Below are positions 8,323 to 18,286 of a stretch of DNA of 64,000 bases, one piece after another. This stretch comes from a virus. How positions within the stretch are numbered: position 1 is the first letter of the stretch; each line of letters begins with the position of its first letter. The notes below the pieces were generated by a model, which made no database searches, was not told the DNA's origin, and was given only the letters and a program-made list of their open reading frames with translations. The stretch lies in the IMG/VR virus record IMGVR_UViG_3300006880_000001, positions 1-64,000 of that record, one strand, 5' to 3'. A program made the translations under genes and the position numbers.

Positions 8323-9086
8323 GGTAGCGGCTCCTCGCGCAGGTGCCGCGGGACGTGATTGCCCGGGCAGCTGAGCGCGCACGTGTCCTGGACGATGATG
8401 TAGTAGCAGAGGCAGCAGCGCAGCGTGCCGTCGGCGCTCTTGAACATGTCGCCCGCCCGCGGCGGGTTGACCTCGTCGCGTCGCGTCGGCCATCCGAGGG
8501 CACAGAGGGTCCCGTTTCGTATGGCCGCGTCGCGCGCTGCGGCACTGACGTTGACGTCGCTCCACCGGTGGGGGTGCGCGTTGGCGAGGCAGCCACACGG
8601 CTGCAGAGGCGCCGTGGCCGCGGCCTTGGCGATGACGCCGGCGATGTCGGGCGGCCGCCAGCCCTCGGGCTTCATCTTCTTGCCGTCGGGGCGCTTCGGG
8701 CCCGCCGCCTTGGCCATGTTCGAGGCGTGGATGACCTCCCAGGCCTCGGCAAACGGGACGCCCCAGCTGACCCCCGCACCGAGTGCGACCACGGTGAGGT
8801 CGACGATCGCATCGGTGACGTGGACGAAGGACTCGGGATCGATCGGGTCCCCGTCCCGGCCCGCGACGGCCGCGGTTCGGAGGAACGCTTCGGTCATCTG
8901 CTGGAAGACCTCGACGAAGCCGTTGCCCGGACCGACAATAGCCTCGATCAGCTCGCCGAGCTCCTCGAAGATGATCCGGAGTCGCATCGTCAGGTCGGCG
9001 TAGGTCGGGGCGCGGACGTCCCCGATCGGCTGCTCGTAGAGCTTGCAGAGCTCGGTGATCTGCTGGAAGGCGTGTTTCATGGTCAT
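8319..9086 (-). CDS. MazG-like / PRA-PH-type nucleoside triphosphate pyrophosphohydrolase
   Basis: LRIIFEELGEL...DAIVDL...IHASNMAK...RPDGKKMKPEGW..PD. Confidence 0.85.
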   Translation of the reverse strand: MTMKHAFQQITELCKLYEQPIGDVRAPTYADLTMRLRIIFEELGELIEAIVGPGNGFVEVFQQMTEAFLRTAAVAGRDGDPIDPESFVHVTDAIVDLTVVALGAGVSWGVPFAEAWEVIHASNMAKAAGPKRPDGKKMKPEGWRPPDIAGVIAKAAATAPLQPCGCLANAHPHRWSDVNVSAAARDAAIRNGTLCALGWPTRRDEVNPPRAGDMFKSADGTLRCCLCYYIIVQDTCALSCPGNHVPRHLREEPLP

Positions 9087-9089
9087 GGG

Positions 9090-9263
9090 CTACGTCCATC
9101 CCATCGCGATCGCCTGCAGCGCGTCGGCGAGGCGTTGGAGGTTCAGAAGATCCTTCTGCATCTGCCGCACGAAGTCCTCCTCGGCCTTGAAGTCGGCGGG
9201 GTCCCCGGAGCCGATGCTGCCGCGCGCCATCTCGCACAGGCGCTTGATGTCCACCGCCTTCAT
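9090..9263 (-). CDS. small hypothetical protein (57 aa)
   Basis: Read manually: MKAVDIKRLCEMARG...AMGWT; fills the operon gap. Confidence 0.5.
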   Translation of the reverse strand: MKAVDIKRLCEMARGSIGSGDPADFKAEEDFVRQMQKDLLNLQRLADALQAIAMGWT

Positions 9264-9504
9264 CGACAACCCAGGCCGAGGAGAGGTGGGCGGCTCCGCC
9301 CACAGGCCGTGCCGCCACGGGAGCGGAACTGCGAGAGGACGCCTTCGAGGTAGGCGTCTGCGTCAGACCGGTTGCCGCTGGCGGCGGCCATGGCTGCCAG
9401 CCAGCACACGATCTCGAGGTACCCTCGATTCATCGCGACACCTCCTGTTCCTGGGTGCTCATGCGTATCCTTTCCGTGCATCGTACCGCCGCGGGGTGAC
9501 CGTT

Positions 9505-9963
9505 TCAGCGCGCCCGCCAGCCGCTGAGGCCGATCGGGATCGGGATGGCATCGTCGATGCGGTCGATGCGTTCGATCTGCTCGGTGACGACGTCGTCCAC
9601 GAGGGGTGGGACGTCTGCCGCGAAGTCGGCGGGGGGCGCCGGGTCCCGTGGCGTGACGTCGACCTCGATGCTCTCGTGCAAGGCCACGGGCGGCTTGCAG
9701 TCGCCGAACCACTCGCGGTCGTCGGTGTCGAAGGAGAGGAGCTCGAGGCTCCCGGCGTGGGTGTTGCGCGGCGGCAGGGCCATCGTCCACGTCACTCGTT
9801 CGTGCGGATGCGCGCTGATCTGCCGCAGAAGGCTGGCGAGGACGCTGTTGCCGAAGCGCTTGCCGACCTCGCCGATGATCACCATCATGTCCTCGTGGAG
9901 GAAGTGATCGCGGCTGCCGTCGCGGCGATGGTGCGTCAGTTGCCAGAGGCGCATCGGAGCCAT
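9505..9963 (-). CDS. hypothetical protein
   Basis: TGATG coupling; GGAGG RBS. Confidence 0.55.
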   Translation of the reverse strand: MAPMRLWQLTHHRRDGSRDHFLHEDMMVIIGEVGKRFGNSVLASLLRQISAHPHERVTWTMALPPRNTHAGSLELLSFDTDDREWFGDCKPPVALHESIEVDVTPRDPAPPADFAADVPPLVDDVVTEQIERIDRIDDAIPIPIGLSGWRAR

Positions 9964-10535
9964 CACCGCCTCTCGGGCGGGTCGTTGGCAGCTTCGCGGA
10001 TCTTGAACGCGTTCAGGGACGCCTCCAGGTGATCGGCGAGGCGGCCAACGCGGCTCCACGTGGTGATGCGCTGTGCGGTCTTGGCCTCGTGCAGACGGAT
10101 CGCGTGGTAGACCGTCTCCGGGACGGCGCTCACGTCGATGGCCTCGAAGTCGTTGTCGACCGCGTCGCGGCAGTCCACGTCGATGACTTCGTAGGCGGGC
10201 GACTTCGGGTCGACCCGTACGACGACCTCGACGATCTGGAGTCGGCCGCTCTGGTGCAGGATCAGCGCCCGCTTCGCGCCGAGGTGTGTCGGGTACTCGA
10301 TGCGGGCCTCCTTGAGCTTGGTGCGGACCTGAAGGCCGTGGATGGGGGTGGTCGCGTCGGCGAGGTTGGGCAGTCCGTGGAGGGGGGTTTGGTCGAGACG
10401 TTCGATGAGCTCGGCCTCGACACGACGGATGGTCGTCACCATCTTCTCGCGTTGCTTCACGTAGACCTCCTTGGCGAGGCGGTTCTGGCCGCCGAGGTCG
10501 GGCAGGAGGGAGGATTCGACGAGAGGCTTGGACAT
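9963..10535 (-). CDS. hypothetical protein
   Basis: GAGGAG RBS, coding-like composition. Confidence 0.7.
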   Translation of the reverse strand: MSKPLVESSLLPDLGGQNRLAKEVYVKQREKMVTTIRRVEAELIERLDQTPLHGLPNLADATTPIHGLQVRTKLKEARIEYPTHLGAKRALILHQSGRLQIVEVVVRVDPKSPAYEVIDVDCRDAVDNDFEAIDVSAVPETVYHAIRLHEAKTAQRITTWSRVGRLADHLEASLNAFKIREAANDPPERR

Positions 10536-10562
10536 GGGTGTTTTCTCCTCAGGAGCACCGGA

Positions 10563-11009
10563 TCAGGAGCACCGGATCGCGCAGAATTGCTCGGGGGTGG
10601 TGTCAGCAGGGACGAAGTCCAGGATGCGCGCCTCGCAGTAGACCGCTCGGAACCGGTCTCCGTTGTCGACCCTATGCTTCTTGATGTAGTGCACTTGGAT
10701 GACCTCTGCGAAGAGGGCGGCGGTTTCCTCGTTCGCGTGGGCGGTCCAGACCGCCGGCCGCCAGGTGTGGCCGGGGTCTCCGCTCAGGTTGTCGCGGTAG
10801 AACTTGACCGCGCACCACGCCATCACCTTCGGCACCTCGCGGTGGATGTCGTAGAGGAGCTCGTAGAGTCTCTTGATCTCCGCGAGGTCCGCGAACGTCG
10901 GAGCGGTGGGGAGTGAACGCGCCGCTGCACTGGCGAGGGAGAGCCGCGCGCGGAGTGGGGTTTCCTCGTATCGCGTTTCCTCCACGATGCGGGTTCGGAT
11001 GATGTCCAT
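10563..11009 (-). CDS. hypothetical protein
   Basis: MDIIRTRIVEE start, AAGGAG RBS. Confidence 0.6.
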   Translation of the reverse strand: MDIIRTRIVEETRYEETPLRARLSLASAAARSLPTAPTFADLAEIKRLYELLYDIHREVPKVMAWCAVKFYRDNLSGDPGHTWRPAVWTAHANEETAALFAEVIQVHYIKKHRVDNGDRFRAVYCEARILDFVPADTTPEQFCAIRCS

Positions 11010-11013
11010 CGGA

Positions 11014-11790
11014 TCAGATCTCCTTGGCCAGTGCCTCGAAGTGGGCGATGGCGCGGTCGAGGTTGTGGAGGCGGACGCCCTTCGCCGCGTCTTCCGGGGA
11101 GGTGCGTCCGTTGAGGAGCTCGAGGAGCGCGAGGATGGTCGCCTTCGCCACCTTCGCATCGCGGATGGCGGCGAGGAACAGGCGACGAGACTCCTCGACG
11201 AGGAGCGCGTCGAAGTTGCGGAGGGCGAGGAGCGCCGACCGGGTGCCGTCGCGTTCGACGCGGCGGCCGACCTTGCGTTCACGCACCGACCCGGCGCGCA
11301 ATGCACCACGCAGCCGACGCAGCCGCTCGGCCAAGTCGGCCGCCAGGTCAGCGGCGCTGGCGGCATCGAGGTCGAGGCGCGCGACGCCGATGGCCACGGC
11401 GATGCGGCGCTCGGAGCCCGCTGCGATCGCCTCCGCGTTGAGCGCCTTGGCCTGCTCGCGCAGCGGCGCTGCCTTGGCGCGGATCTCTTCCGCGACCCGG
11501 AGCGGGGCGTACCAGCCCAGCGGCGTGTTGGCGCAACCGGTGCGGCACAGGTAGTCCACGTCCTTCTTGAGCTTGAGCGACCGGGTGACGATGTCTGCGT
11601 TGTCGACGGTGTGGATCACCTCGCGCTTGTTGCGCGCGATCACCTTGCTCTTGGCGGTGAGGCCGCCGGAGACCGTGGCCGAGCCGACGATGATGCAGCC
11701 CGGACGGAACGCCGCGAGCACACGTGGGGGCGGCGCCGGCGGCGTCACCTCGATGACGGGGTTCTCTTCGACCTTCTTGAGCGAGCGCAT
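11014..11790 (-). CDS. helical hypothetical phage protein
   Basis: 258 aa ORF with GGAG RBS. Confidence 0.7.
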   Translation of the reverse strand: MRSLKKVEENPVIEVTPPAPPPRVLAAFRPGCIIVGSATVSGGLTAKSKVIARNKREVIHTVDNADIVTRSLKLKKDVDYLCRTGCANTPLGWYAPLRVAEEIRAKAAPLREQAKALNAEAIAAGSERRIAVAIGVARLDLDAASAADLAADLAERLRRLRGALRAGSVRERKVGRRVERDGTRSALLALRNFDALLVEESRRLFLAAIRDAKVAKATILALLELLNGRTSPEDAAKGVRLHNLDRAIAHFEALAKEI

Positions 11791-11793
11791 GGA

Positions 11794-12255
11794 TCACTCC
11801 CCCCGACCGTTGAACCGGACGGCCGTGAGCCAGGCGTCCGCCTCCACCATCGCGGTGGCCTGGCTGTCACTGACGCTGGCGCGGACGATGATGTCGACGA
11901 CCGTCTTCTTGTCTACGATGACGAAGAGCCAGGGCTTGTCGCAGTCCCGCGCGGTGAACTGGCGCGACTTGCCCAGCACGTCGACGTGGGTCGGTCGATA
12001 CTCGGTCTTCCACTGCTCGAGGATGCGGTCGATGTAGCGGGTCTCGATGTACAGGTCAGCGTCGTCCTTGGTGTCGATGCCGACACGGCCGGCGGTCCAG
12101 CCCTGCACGCCGTCGGCCGCGGCGTGGATGGTCATCCACCCGTCGCTCACCATCGGTGGCGTGGCCCACGTCGGATGGGCCCATTTCACCATCACCTTCA
12201 CATACCTCTTCGTCCGGGTCGCCGTCGCCGTCGCCGTCTTCTTGGCCTTCGCCAT
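11794..12255 (-). CDS. hypothetical protein
   Basis: AAGGAG RBS directly after RNA motif copy 1. Confidence 0.7.
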   Translation of the reverse strand: MAKAKKTATATATRTKRYVKVMVKWAHPTWATPPMVSDGWMTIHAAADGVQGWTAGRVGIDTKDDADLYIETRYIDRILEQWKTEYRPTHVDVLGKSRQFTARDCDKPWLFVIVDKKTVVDIIVRASVSDSQATAMVEADAWLTAVRFNGRGE

Positions 12256-12272
12256 GGTCAACTCCTTCTTGC

Positions 12273-12338
12273 GCTCCACCATGGAGCCGTTGGGGCGCCG
12301 CCCGGGTAGCGAACCCGGATCCGATCCGCTCGCGGCGC
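12273..12338 (-). ncRNA. intergenic structured RNA motif, copy 1
   Basis: GCGCCGC-GAGCGGAUCGGAU-CCGGG-UUCGCUA-CCCGG-GCGGCGC plus a second hairpin. Confidence 0.7.
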
Positions 12339-12343
12339 GCCTG

Positions 12344-12703
12344 CTACAGCTTGTAGAGGTACTTGTTGGCTGCTTCGACGTCGCCGAGGGCGATGTGGCC
12401 GAGCGCGGTGCGCACTTCCTCCTCGGTTCGGTTCCCTTCGAACAGCGCGTCGCAGACGCCGCCGAGAAGCTCCTTGGCCCGCCGGGGGATGGTCGGCCAG
12501 CTGGCTTGCGGGTGGCCTTCGAGGCGAACGTGGAAGCAGACGAAGTCCCGCATGATGAGATCCTCGCTCCGACGAGGCGGACGGGATGTGGTCCCGCACG
12601 GCGTCACGGCGCACCACTGTTCCTGATCGTACTGCTCCGGGTGCTCGTCGAGGGCGCGAAGGACAGCGGCGGCGATCTCGGCAGGGGTCTTCTCGGGGGT
12701 CAT
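12344..12703 (-). CDS. hypothetical phage protein (W..CGTT motif)
   Basis: MTPEKTP start with GGAG RBS. Confidence 0.6.
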   Translation of the reverse strand: MTPEKTPAEIAAAVLRALDEHPEQYDQEQWCAVTPCGTTSRPPRRSEDLIMRDFVCFHVRLEGHPQASWPTIPRRAKELLGGVCDALFEGNRTEEEVRTALGHIALGDVEAANKYLYKL

Positions 12704-12717
12704 GGCTTGCTCCGGAT

Positions 12718-13968
12718 CTACCAGCCCAGCTTCTCGCGATCGTCGTCGGGGATCGGGAGGAGGACGTTCTTGACGTAGAGGAGGTCCGCCGCCTGCTCCT
12801 CGAGCTCGTCGTCGACCCAGGCGCTCCTCGACGTCCAGGCACCCTCGTGGGCCGCGCGGGTGATGGCGTTGTGGATGGCGGCGCGGCTGTCGTCGGCCTC
12901 CTCCGCCTCGGCCGCGGCCAGGATGGCCTTGACCTGGTCGTCCTTCGTACCGAACGGTGCCCTGGCGAGGCCGTGGTAGACGATGCGACGGACCGCCTCC
13001 TCCATCGACAGCTTGTCCTTGGTGTAGCGGTCGATGTAGAAGTCGGTCCAGGCACTGCGCCACATCGTGGCGAAGTGCTCGAGGGCGGCACCCTGCGCGC
13101 CCAGGGCCTCACGGGCGACCTCGATCAGGTTCGCCTGCGTGTGCCGCGCGTGGAAGATGACCCGCTTGTCGCGCAGGAGCGTGCAGTTGATGCAGCGGAT
13201 GCGCTCCATCGCCCAGTTGAGCTTGAACCCTGCGCTCCCGTCGTCCGCCGAGGTGATGCGGAGCATCAGGCGGTGCGGCTCGCCGACCGTACCGGCCTTG
13301 CCTCCCTCGAAGTGGTGCGGGCTCTGCAGGATGACGTCGACGCGGGAGCGGGAGCCGTCGTAGCGGACGCGCGCCCGGCTATCGGTCGGCATGATCTCGC
13401 GGATGTCGTTGGCGATCTGGTCGAGGTCGTAGCGTACATAGCGCTCGGACACGACCGAGTAGAGCGTGCGGGGCTTGTCGAGGTCGACGATCAGCGCCCC
13501 GTCCGCCGTGCGCTGCGGGCGCCGGCGGCTGCGGAGCACCGCCTTGTCGCCGGCGCGGCTGCCGAGCCAGAGGTTGACGTTCGAGCGCAGGGCGGGCGGG
13601 ATCGACGCGGGTGCGTAGCTGCTCAGGCGCTGCCAGCCGACTGGCTCGGCCCCGAACTCGAGGCGAGCGCCGTCGACGTCCGACGCCATGACGAGGCCGC
13701 TCCGCCCGATCCGCATGTCGCCCAGGTCGACGGTGTGGTCGATCCGGTTCTCGGCCTGAACCGCGTCGGCCAGCCGATCCATTGCCTCCCCGGTGGTGGC
13801 AAGCTTCAGAAACTGATCGCGGGCGCGCCGGGCGACCTGGTCGCCGACCGCCATCATCTCGGTGCCGTGCTCGAAGAAGGCTTCGCCGGGGTTGAGGCCC
13901 AGCTCCTTCAGGAGCTCGACGCCCTTGTCCGCACGCTTCTTGCCTTCGGGTCGAACCGTCGTCGTCAT
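12718..13968 (-). CDS. DUF932/DUF945-like protein
   Basis: SVVSERY, ITSADDGS, RIRCINC and ARHT motifs typical of this mobile-element family. Confidence 0.7.
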   Translation of the reverse strand: MTTTVRPEGKKRADKGVELLKELGLNPGEAFFEHGTEMMAVGDQVARRARDQFLKLATTGEAMDRLADAVQAENRIDHTVDLGDMRIGRSGLVMASDVDGARLEFGAEPVGWQRLSSYAPASIPPALRSNVNLWLGSRAGDKAVLRSRRRPQRTADGALIVDLDKPRTLYSVVSERYVRYDLDQIANDIREIMPTDSRARVRYDGSRSRVDVILQSPHHFEGGKAGTVGEPHRLMLRITSADDGSAGFKLNWAMERIRCINCTLLRDKRVIFHARHTQANLIEVAREALGAQGAALEHFATMWRSAWTDFYIDRYTKDKLSMEEAVRRIVYHGLARAPFGTKDDQVKAILAAAEAEEADDSRAAIHNAITRAAHEGAWTSRSAWVDDELEEQAADLLYVKNVLLPIPDDDREKLGW

Positions 13969-14022
13969 CGTCTCTTTTGCCTTTCCGCCCCACGGTGGGG
14001 CCTGTGAAGTGTCCCGTGAGTC

Positions 14023-14499
14023 TTACCCACGAGTAGTAAGCGAGTCAAGAAGCTTGTGGGGATCGACCGTGGCCAGGATGTCGCTGTCCGAACCTACGAT
14101 CTTGATCACGACCTTGCCGGCGATTGCCACCGCTTTGGCCTGCGCGAGGAGTGCGGACATCGTCGCCTTGTCGCCGTCGTGCCAGCGCTTGGTGGTCCCG
14201 GTGCCGAGATGAATGTACTTGACCACCACGGCATCATTCGCGGGTCGCGGTGATGGTGGTGGCGGGGGCAGGGGCAGCGGTTCGAGCTGCAGCACCTGCC
14301 GCGTCGCGCGCGGAAAGACGATCGGCAACGTCGCCTCCTCGTCGTCCGCCGGTGGAAGCGGGATCGCCTGTTCGGTCGGCGCCCGGCTGAGGGGAGGTGG
14401 CGCAGACTGCCCGCCCGCTCCCTTGTTGTCTCCGAAGAAGTACCCCGCAGTCTGCCGCAGTGCCCGTCGACGCATGGGAGGCGCTCCTGGGGCGTTTAC
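14023..14499 (-). CDS. Pro-rich hypothetical protein
   Basis: Open frame between neighbours; start uncertain. Confidence 0.45.
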   Translation of the reverse strand, partial: VNAPGAPPMRRRALRQTAGYFFGDNKGAGGQSAPPPLSRAPTEQAIPLPPADDEEATLPIVFPRATRQVLQLEPLPLPPPPPSPRPANDAVVVKYIHLGTGTTKRWHDGDKATMSALLAQAKAVAIAGKVVIKIVGSDSDILATVDPHKLLDSLTTRG

Positions 14500-14825
14500 G
14501 GCTCGACGACGTCGAGGTCGTGGTCCACAGCCCACCGAACCGCCTCGGTGGAGGCGATCCCGGCATCGTAGTGACTCTCGACGTGGATGGCGCGCTGCCA
14601 GCCGGCCGGGAGGTCCACGAGGAGCTCGACAGCGACGTGATGTAGGCCGTCGCAGCGGTACACGAAGACCCGCACCGGATCGTGCGGCAGGAACGGATGG
14701 CGCGCCGTCCGGATCGCCGGGGCCGGCATGAGCGCCATGAGGTTCTTGGCGGTTTCGACCTCGGAGACCGCGGCCTTGAGGGTCTTGGGTGCGATCGTCT
14801 TCTTGCTCTTCTTGCTTTTGCTCAT
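14496..14825 (-). CDS. hypothetical protein
   Basis: MSKSKKSKK start, AAGGAG RBS. Confidence 0.6.
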   Translation of the reverse strand: MSKSKKSKKTIAPKTLKAAVSEVETAKNLMALMPAPAIRTARHPFLPHDPVRVFVYRCDGLHHVAVELLVDLPAGWQRAIHVESHYDAGIASTEAVRWAVDHDLDVVEP

Positions 14826-14914
14826 TGGGAAAGCTCCTTCCGGGACTCCATTAGCCCCGATCGAACCTGCGAGGCAATCACCCCGCAGGGTCTGTCGGAT
14901 CCACCGAAGCCGCC

Positions 14915-15172
14915 TTAGCGCTGCGCGAGCCTGACCAAGTTCGTAAAGGCCAGGTTCTCGGGACGCGGCACACCGGGCATGAAGGCGATGAGGGCGCGGA
15001 CCCGCGCTGCCAGCTCGGGCGCGCAGGCCGCGCAGACCACCAACGACTCGAGCCCATTCGACATGTCGAAGATGGTCCACCCGCCCGATGTCTTGAGATC
15101 TTGCGCGAAGTGGCCGCGCGAGAACGTCAATGGGGCAGCACAGCAGATGCACGGACGCGTGATGGGGTCCAC
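14915..15172 (-). CDS. small zinc-finger-like protein
   Basis: CICC and CAAC. Confidence 0.55.
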   Translation of the reverse strand: MDPITRPCICCAAPLTFSRGHFAQDLKTSGGWTIFDMSNGLESLVVCAACAPELAARVRALIAFMPGVPRPENLAFTNLVRLAQR

Positions 15173-15175
15173 CGC

Positions 15176-16576
15176 TCACCTCCCGGTCGTGAGGAGGAAG
15201 CGGAGCACGCGCGTCCACGCCTCCTCGAGCGTGGCGACGTGCGCGTGGTCGCCGTCGCCGGCGACGTCGTGGGCGAACTCGTGCAGGAGGGTCGCGGTTG
15301 CGGTCTCGACCGAGATCAGCTCACCGCGCGCCAGGGCCACGCGTCGGGTCGCGCCGTCGTGTTGGCCGAGGCGCGACGCGGCGCGGAAGGTGACGACGTC
15401 GAGACGTTCGAGGACGCGATCGATCGCGTCCGATCGCTCGGTCGGTGTCGCGTCGGGGTTGCTCATGACGTCGAGGTCGTCGAGCGCGAACGTCCTCGGG
15501 AAGGCGACGACCACGAACCGGGCCGCCGCCTCAAGGCGTTGCCGCTCGTCGACGTCGAGATCGTTCCAGCCGTGGGTGGCCACGATCTCGTTGGCGGCCG
15601 CGGTCTTGATCTTGTCGAGCGTGCCCAGCGCTGGGGCCAGCACCGCCGCCATCGCCCGGGGCACGACGGCGCCGACGCGGCCGAGGTGGGCCAGGTCGCG
15701 CGAGTCGGCCAGGGTCGTGACCGGGACGGCGGCGTCGCCGTGGACCTTCTTGAAGGCGCCCGCCAGCGCCTCGCTGGCGGCCTTCGACGGCTCCCAGTGC
15801 TCGGAGCCGCGGACGTCCTCGGCGTCCTTCTGGAGGAGCTCGAAGTAGCGCTCGACGAGCTTCGGGTTCGCCTCGACCGCCGAGGCCCACAAGGCCTGCA
15901 GCCGGAAGCGGAGATCCCAGCTGTCGACCATGCGCCGATCGCGGTCCAGCTCGGCGTGCTCGAGGTCGTAGCCGCAGTGTAGGTCCGAGCGGCTGTGGGT
16001 GTAGAGGCCCTTGACGAAGACGTCGCCCTTGCGCGTCGGGTCCAGGAGGATCGAACCGCGCCCGGGTACGTTCACGGTGTTCTTGTCGGGATCGGGCCAG
16101 AGGAAACGGATGTGGTTCTGGACGAACGTCCAGTGGCCCTCGTTGCAGCCGGCCACCTCGATCGAGATGCGCCGCTTGAACTCGCGGCCGCCGGTGATGG
16201 TGAAGACGAGGACGTCGGCCTTGAACTTCTCCGATCGGGCGATCGTCGGCACCCACACCTCGCTACCGGTGCGGATGGTGATCCGGGCGCCCTTGCGGAG
16301 GAGCGCCAGGATGCCGAGCTTCAGCCCCTCGCCGAACCGGCCGATGGTGTCGGTCCGGTTGGCCTTGGACGTCCGGCCGAGCAGGAGGACCTCCTGCGGC
16401 AGCGTGACGCCCTCGTTCTCGATGCGAAGCTTGCCGCTCTTCTTGTCGAAACGGACGGTCATTTTGGCGCCATGTTCGATCTCGGCATCGCGGGAGTTCT
16501 GCACCAACTCGCGGATGCCCTCCCACACGCCCCAGGTCGGCAAGTAATCGACGTCGATGGACAGTTCGAGTTTCAT
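15176..16576 (-). CDS. GHKL (HATPase_c/MORC-like) ATPase with C-terminal HEXXH motif
   Basis: IRELVQNSRDA, ENEG, LGRTSK, IGRFGEGLKLG; TLLHEFAH near the C-terminus. Confidence 0.85.
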   Translation of the reverse strand: MKLELSIDVDYLPTWGVWEGIRELVQNSRDAEIEHGAKMTVRFDKKSGKLRIENEGVTLPQEVLLLGRTSKANRTDTIGRFGEGLKLGILALLRKGARITIRTGSEVWVPTIARSEKFKADVLVFTITGGREFKRRISIEVAGCNEGHWTFVQNHIRFLWPDPDKNTVNVPGRGSILLDPTRKGDVFVKGLYTHSRSDLHCGYDLEHAELDRDRRMVDSWDLRFRLQALWASAVEANPKLVERYFELLQKDAEDVRGSEHWEPSKAASEALAGAFKKVHGDAAVPVTTLADSRDLAHLGRVGAVVPRAMAAVLAPALGTLDKIKTAAANEIVATHGWNDLDVDERQRLEAAARFVVVAFPRTFALDDLDVMSNPDATPTERSDAIDRVLERLDVVTFRAASRLGQHDGATRRVALARGELISVETATATLLHEFAHDVAGDGDHAHVATLEEAWTRVLRFLLTTGR

Positions 16577-16603
16577 GGGTCTCCCGCTTCCTTTCCCTTT
16601 CGT

Positions 16604-16647
16604 GCACTCCCCGGGCAACGAGCCCGGATCCGATCCGCTCGGAGCGC
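16604..16647 (-). ncRNA. intergenic structured RNA motif, copy 2
   Basis: GCGCUCC-GAGCGGAUCGGAU-CCGGG-CUCGUUG-CCCGG-GGAGUGC; starts at the G of the upstream UAG. Confidence 0.7.
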
Positions 16648-17261
16648 TACTCTTCGACGGTGTCGACGGCGTCGGGATCGTCGTCGTCGAGGGCGGCCAC
16701 GGTGTCGCAGACGGCCACCACCGGGTTCGTGAGCCGATGATCGATCATGGCGGCCTTGCGGGCCTCCCGGCGTAGTGTCCGTGCCGGCTCGACGAGCCGA
16801 AGCATGGCGAGGAGCCGATCCGCCTGCGACCCCTCGAGTACGACCTCGATGAGCGGGACCGCGCGATCGTCGGGGCCGCCGAACGGTGCGACCTGCGGCG
16901 TGACGCAGGTCTCGGCCTCGGCCGCGTCGTGGAGGAGGCCGAGGCCCACGAACGTGCGGCGGAGATCCATGGCGATGCCTCGCGCCTCGGCGCGGGCTCG
17001 GTCCTCCGCAAGGTGATCCTCGGTGAGGAGCTCCCAGGTCTCACCGTGGAAGGCGCGTCGGCCGGGCCGCGCCAGCTTCTCGGCGACGAGCTGATCGAGG
17101 ATGCGGCGGATCGACGCACGCGCGCTGCGACGAACGGCGTCGGAGACGCGGGTGGCGTGCTCGCGGCGGGTCAGCGCGTCGAGGACGGCGCCCGTCGTGT
17201 AGCGGCGGCCCGGCTGCGCCTTGAGGATGGCGAGGACACTGTCACGGGTGATATCGACCAC
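16647..17261 (-). CDS. winged-helix DNA-binding-like protein
   Basis: N-terminal wHTH-like pattern (SVLAILK..YTTGAV..IRRILDQLVAEKL..TWEL). Confidence 0.6.
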   Translation of the reverse strand: MVDITRDSVLAILKAQPGRRYTTGAVLDALTRREHATRVSDAVRRSARASIRRILDQLVAEKLARPGRRAFHGETWELLTEDHLAEDRARAEARGIAMDLRRTFVGLGLLHDAAEAETCVTPQVAPFGGPDDRAVPLIEVVLEGSQADRLLAMLRLVEPARTLRREARKAAMIDHRLTNPVVAVCDTVAALDDDDPDAVDTVEE

Positions 17262-17276
17262 GGCTGGGACTCCTTT

Positions 17277-17645
17277 TCAGACATAGGGAAGGACGTCGCC
17301 GCCGTCGCCGTCGGCTGTCCACGTCTCGTCGATCCAGACGGCGTCGAGTGGTGGTGCCGCTGCCCTCGCCTTGGCGATGGCTTCTTCGCGCGTCGGCGCC
17401 ATGACGGCAAAGAGCCGCCGCAGCGAAAGTGGCTTCCGCAGCCAACGCGCTTCGCGCGCGACCTGCCACAGCTTCATCGGTTCGATCTCGGGCTCCGGCC
17501 CCGGAGGGGGAATCGCCCCCGCGTCGGCCAGGATCTCGGCCAGGAGATCCCGGTCATCGGGGTTGCTGCCGATGTAGAAGTCGGCGAACAGGGTGGCGCG
17601 TGCGTGGAGCCACTCTCTCCACTGATCCAGGGTCGACATGGACAT
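17277..17645 (-). CDS. hypothetical protein
   Basis: AAGGAG RBS. Confidence 0.6.
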   Translation of the reverse strand: MSMSTLDQWREWLHARATLFADFYIGSNPDDRDLLAEILADAGAIPPPGPEPEIEPMKLWQVAREARWLRKPLSLRRLFAVMAPTREEAIAKARAAAPPLDAVWIDETWTADGDGGDVLPYV

Positions 17646-17653
17646 GCTCCTTT

Positions 17654-17965
17654 TCAGCGCAGTGCGCGCAGCTTCTTGAAGATGAGGGCGTAGGCCGTCG
17701 GCATCGGCGTGCCGGTGGGGACGAGACTGTCGAGCGCCGCCTCGAGCGTCGCCACCTCCGTGGCCGTCAAGGCATCACGCTCGACGGTCGGGCGGCGAGC
17801 CAGCGTGAACAGCCGCTCGGCCAGCCGGATGCGGCGCTTGTCAGCGCGGCGTCGCATCGGATTGCGGGTGAAGTCGTCGAGGGCATCCGCGAGGAGGAAG
17901 GCGAGATCCGCCTCGTCCTCCTCACTGAGAAGTCCATCGACAACGACGACGATCTTGGTGGCCAC
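17654..17965 (-). CDS. hypothetical protein
   Basis: AAGGAG + GTG after motif copy 3. Confidence 0.6.
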   Translation of the reverse strand: MATKIVVVVDGLLSEEDEADLAFLLADALDDFTRNPMRRRADKRRIRLAERLFTLARRPTVERDALTATEVATLEAALDSLVPTGTPMPTAYALIFKKLRALR

Positions 17966-17978
17966 TGCGACTCCTTTC

Positions 17979-18044
17979 GAGCCCACGGTGGGCTCCTTTG
18001 GTGCGCTCCCCGGCAACGAGCCGGAGATGATCCTCTCGGAGCGC
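17979..18044 (-). ncRNA. intergenic structured RNA motif, copy 3
   Basis: GCGCUCC-GAGAGGAUCAUCU-CCGG-CUCGUUG-CCGG-GGAGCGC plus GAGCCCACCGUGGGCUC hairpin. Confidence 0.65.
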
Positions 18045-18049
18045 TGACC

Positions 18050-18286
18050 TCACCGCGTCCAGGCTCGGATCGCCTGGAGTGCGCGCTCGCGCGTTTTGAA
18101 GCGTTGGTAGGTGGTCTCGGGGAGCCCACCATGCGGCGGATGCGAGACCACGATCTTGCCATTCCGCTCCCAGACAAAGGCCGTGCGGCCATTGGGGAGT
18201 CCGATCGCTCCGGTGGGGGCGTACCGGATCTCGACGCCGTTGGCGGCGAGGTAGTCGAGGAGGGCGGCAGCTTCCGTGACGCTCAT
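18050..18286 (-). CDS. hypothetical protein
   Basis: ATGA coupling, GAGGAG RBS. Confidence 0.55.
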   Translation of the reverse strand: MSVTEAAALLDYLAANGVEIRYAPTGAIGLPNGRTAFVWERNGKIVVSHPPHGGLPETTYQRFKTRERALQAIRAWTR

